DNA of 64,000 nucleotides from Bryobacterales bacterium (GTDB taxonomy: Bacteria; Acidobacteriota; Terriglobia; Bryobacterales; Bryobacteraceae). The stretch spans positions 177,296 through 241,295 of the forward strand of contig PLRJ01000087.1 in NCBI GenBank assembly GCA_003163855.1. Direction: 5' to 3'. Shown one piece after another: positions 63,370 to 64,000 of the stretch; the stretch's first letter is position 1, and the number at the start of each line of letters is the position of its first letter. The position numbers were made by a program, and so were the translations under genes. Under the pieces are notes generated by a model. It made no database searches, was not told the origin of the DNA, and saw only the letters and a program-made list of their open reading frames with translations.

Positions 63370-64000
63370 GAAGCTTGCTTAAGACGAGGTCCTGGATGTT
63401 GAAGCGGCCGCGCGCTAGGTCGTGTCCTGCCCCTTCAACGATGGACAGATCCACCGCGGCTGGGATGATTTTGGCAGCTTCGCGCATCTCGTCGATCGAG
63501 CCAAAGCCGTCTTTTGCTCCATGAACGAACAACGCGGGAACCTTCAGTTTTGGAAAATGAGCGGTACGCAGCGCCTCGGGTTTTGCCGGCGGATGAAGTG
63601 GATAGGAGAGAAGGAGTAGATACTCAGCCACCGTCCTATCTTCTGAGGCCAGCATGGAAGCCTGGCGTCCGCCGTACGAGTGGCCGCCTAGAATGATCTT
63701 GCCTTGCGTCAAATGCCGCATTGCTGCGACGGCTTCGCGCAAACTCTGACGATCAGCAGGCCCGCCACTGGGATGCGGCGGACCCGAACGTTTACGCTGG
63801 CGAAAAGCCAAATTGCAGCGCAGGACAAGATAGCCGTCAGCGGCCAGTGCATTCGCTAGCACGACAAGGAGAGGCGCTTCAAAGTTGGCGCCGGCGCCGT
63901 GGGTAAGAACTACCGCGTTGCTGCCGCATTCATTGAGGGGCAAATGCAGACAGCCGTGTACGGAACCTTCCGTAAACGGTTTAGTTTCACCGCTAAAACT
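63356..64000 (-). CDS. Alpha/beta hydrolase (KANL3/Tex30 / dienelactone-hydrolase-like), N-terminus probably outside the window
   Basis: VVLTHGAGAN, the nucleophile elbow GGHSYGG, and C-terminal FVHGAKD...EGAGHDL. The frame stays open upstream of the listed TTG to base 64000 (SFSGETKPFTEGSVHGCLHLPLNE...). Confidence 0.7.
   Translation of the reverse strand, partial: SFSGETKPFTEGSVHGCLHLPLNECGSNAVVLTHGAGANFEAPLLVVLANALAADGYLVLRCNLAFRQRKRSGPPHPSGGPADRQSLREAVAAMRHLTQGKIILGGHSYGGRQASMLASEDRTVAEYLLLLSYPLHPPAKPEALRTAHFPKLKVPALFVHGAKDGFGSIDEMREAAKIIPAAVDLSIVEGAGHDLARGRFNIQDLVLSKLPSRP

Noticed and set aside
1-64000. A search for defence or mobile systems: CRISPR, restriction-modification, toxin-antitoxin, retron, Abi, transposase, phage integrase
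   Set aside because: I found no nuclease, ATPase, reverse-transcriptase, methyltransferase or recombinase-like translations and no spaced direct-repeat arrays. The only mobile-like signal is the inverted-repeat cassette, reported as a finding.

Overview
Densely packed 64-kb chromosomal window. I support about 48 protein genes, and by eye I found no rRNA, tRNA, CRISPR array, transposase, integrase or recognisable defence gene. The gene content suggests an Acidobacteriota-like (Terriglobia-type) soil heterotroph. This rests on CarboxypepD_reg-type TonB receptors, PSCyt1-like CxxCH modules, many Tat-exported Gfo/Idh/MocA and xylose-isomerase-like TIM-barrel proteins, and a CRTAC1/FG-GAP protein. 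It is an inference, not a database result. Main blocks: (1) the 3' end of a formate dehydrogenase alpha gene plus a DUF1641 gene. (2) A minus-strand GlgE-pathway alpha-glucan operon, glgM-glgE-mak-glgB, with a translationally coupled DinB-family gene. A fused MFS/spermidine-synthase gene lies upstream of it. (3) Housekeeping genes (SGNH hydrolase, alaX, cysE, add) and a second, long-form glgB. (4) An odd interval at 18.06-19.6 kb. It holds a one-gene cassette bracketed by 27-nt inverted repeats and a C-rich reading frame interrupted by one in-frame TGA. (5) Two large TonB-dependent receptors, glgX and an H1-like basic-tail protein. (6) A 12-kb island of exported oxidoreductases and TIM-barrel enzymes: two Gfo/Idh/MocA, three TIM barrels, DUF1080, a PQQ-cytochrome c dehydrogenase, a cytochrome c-FGE fusion, ApbE and an MFS permease. 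It looks like a periplasmic oxidative (3-keto) glycoside/sugar degradation system. (7) A CxxCH/Cu-monooxygenase-like/TPR protein. (8) A penicillin-acylase / Tat-amidase / Tat-enolase trio. (9) An RND efflux operon, a MauE/DoxX-thioredoxin fusion, an OmpA-family protein, an MFS pump, a PAP2 protein and a partial alpha/beta hydrolase. The best second-look candidates are the repeat-bracketed cassette with its neighbouring recoded or decayed ORF, and the ApbE/cytochrome-c-FGE operon inside the sugar-oxidation island. All functional calls come from motif recognition in the supplied translations. No searches were run.
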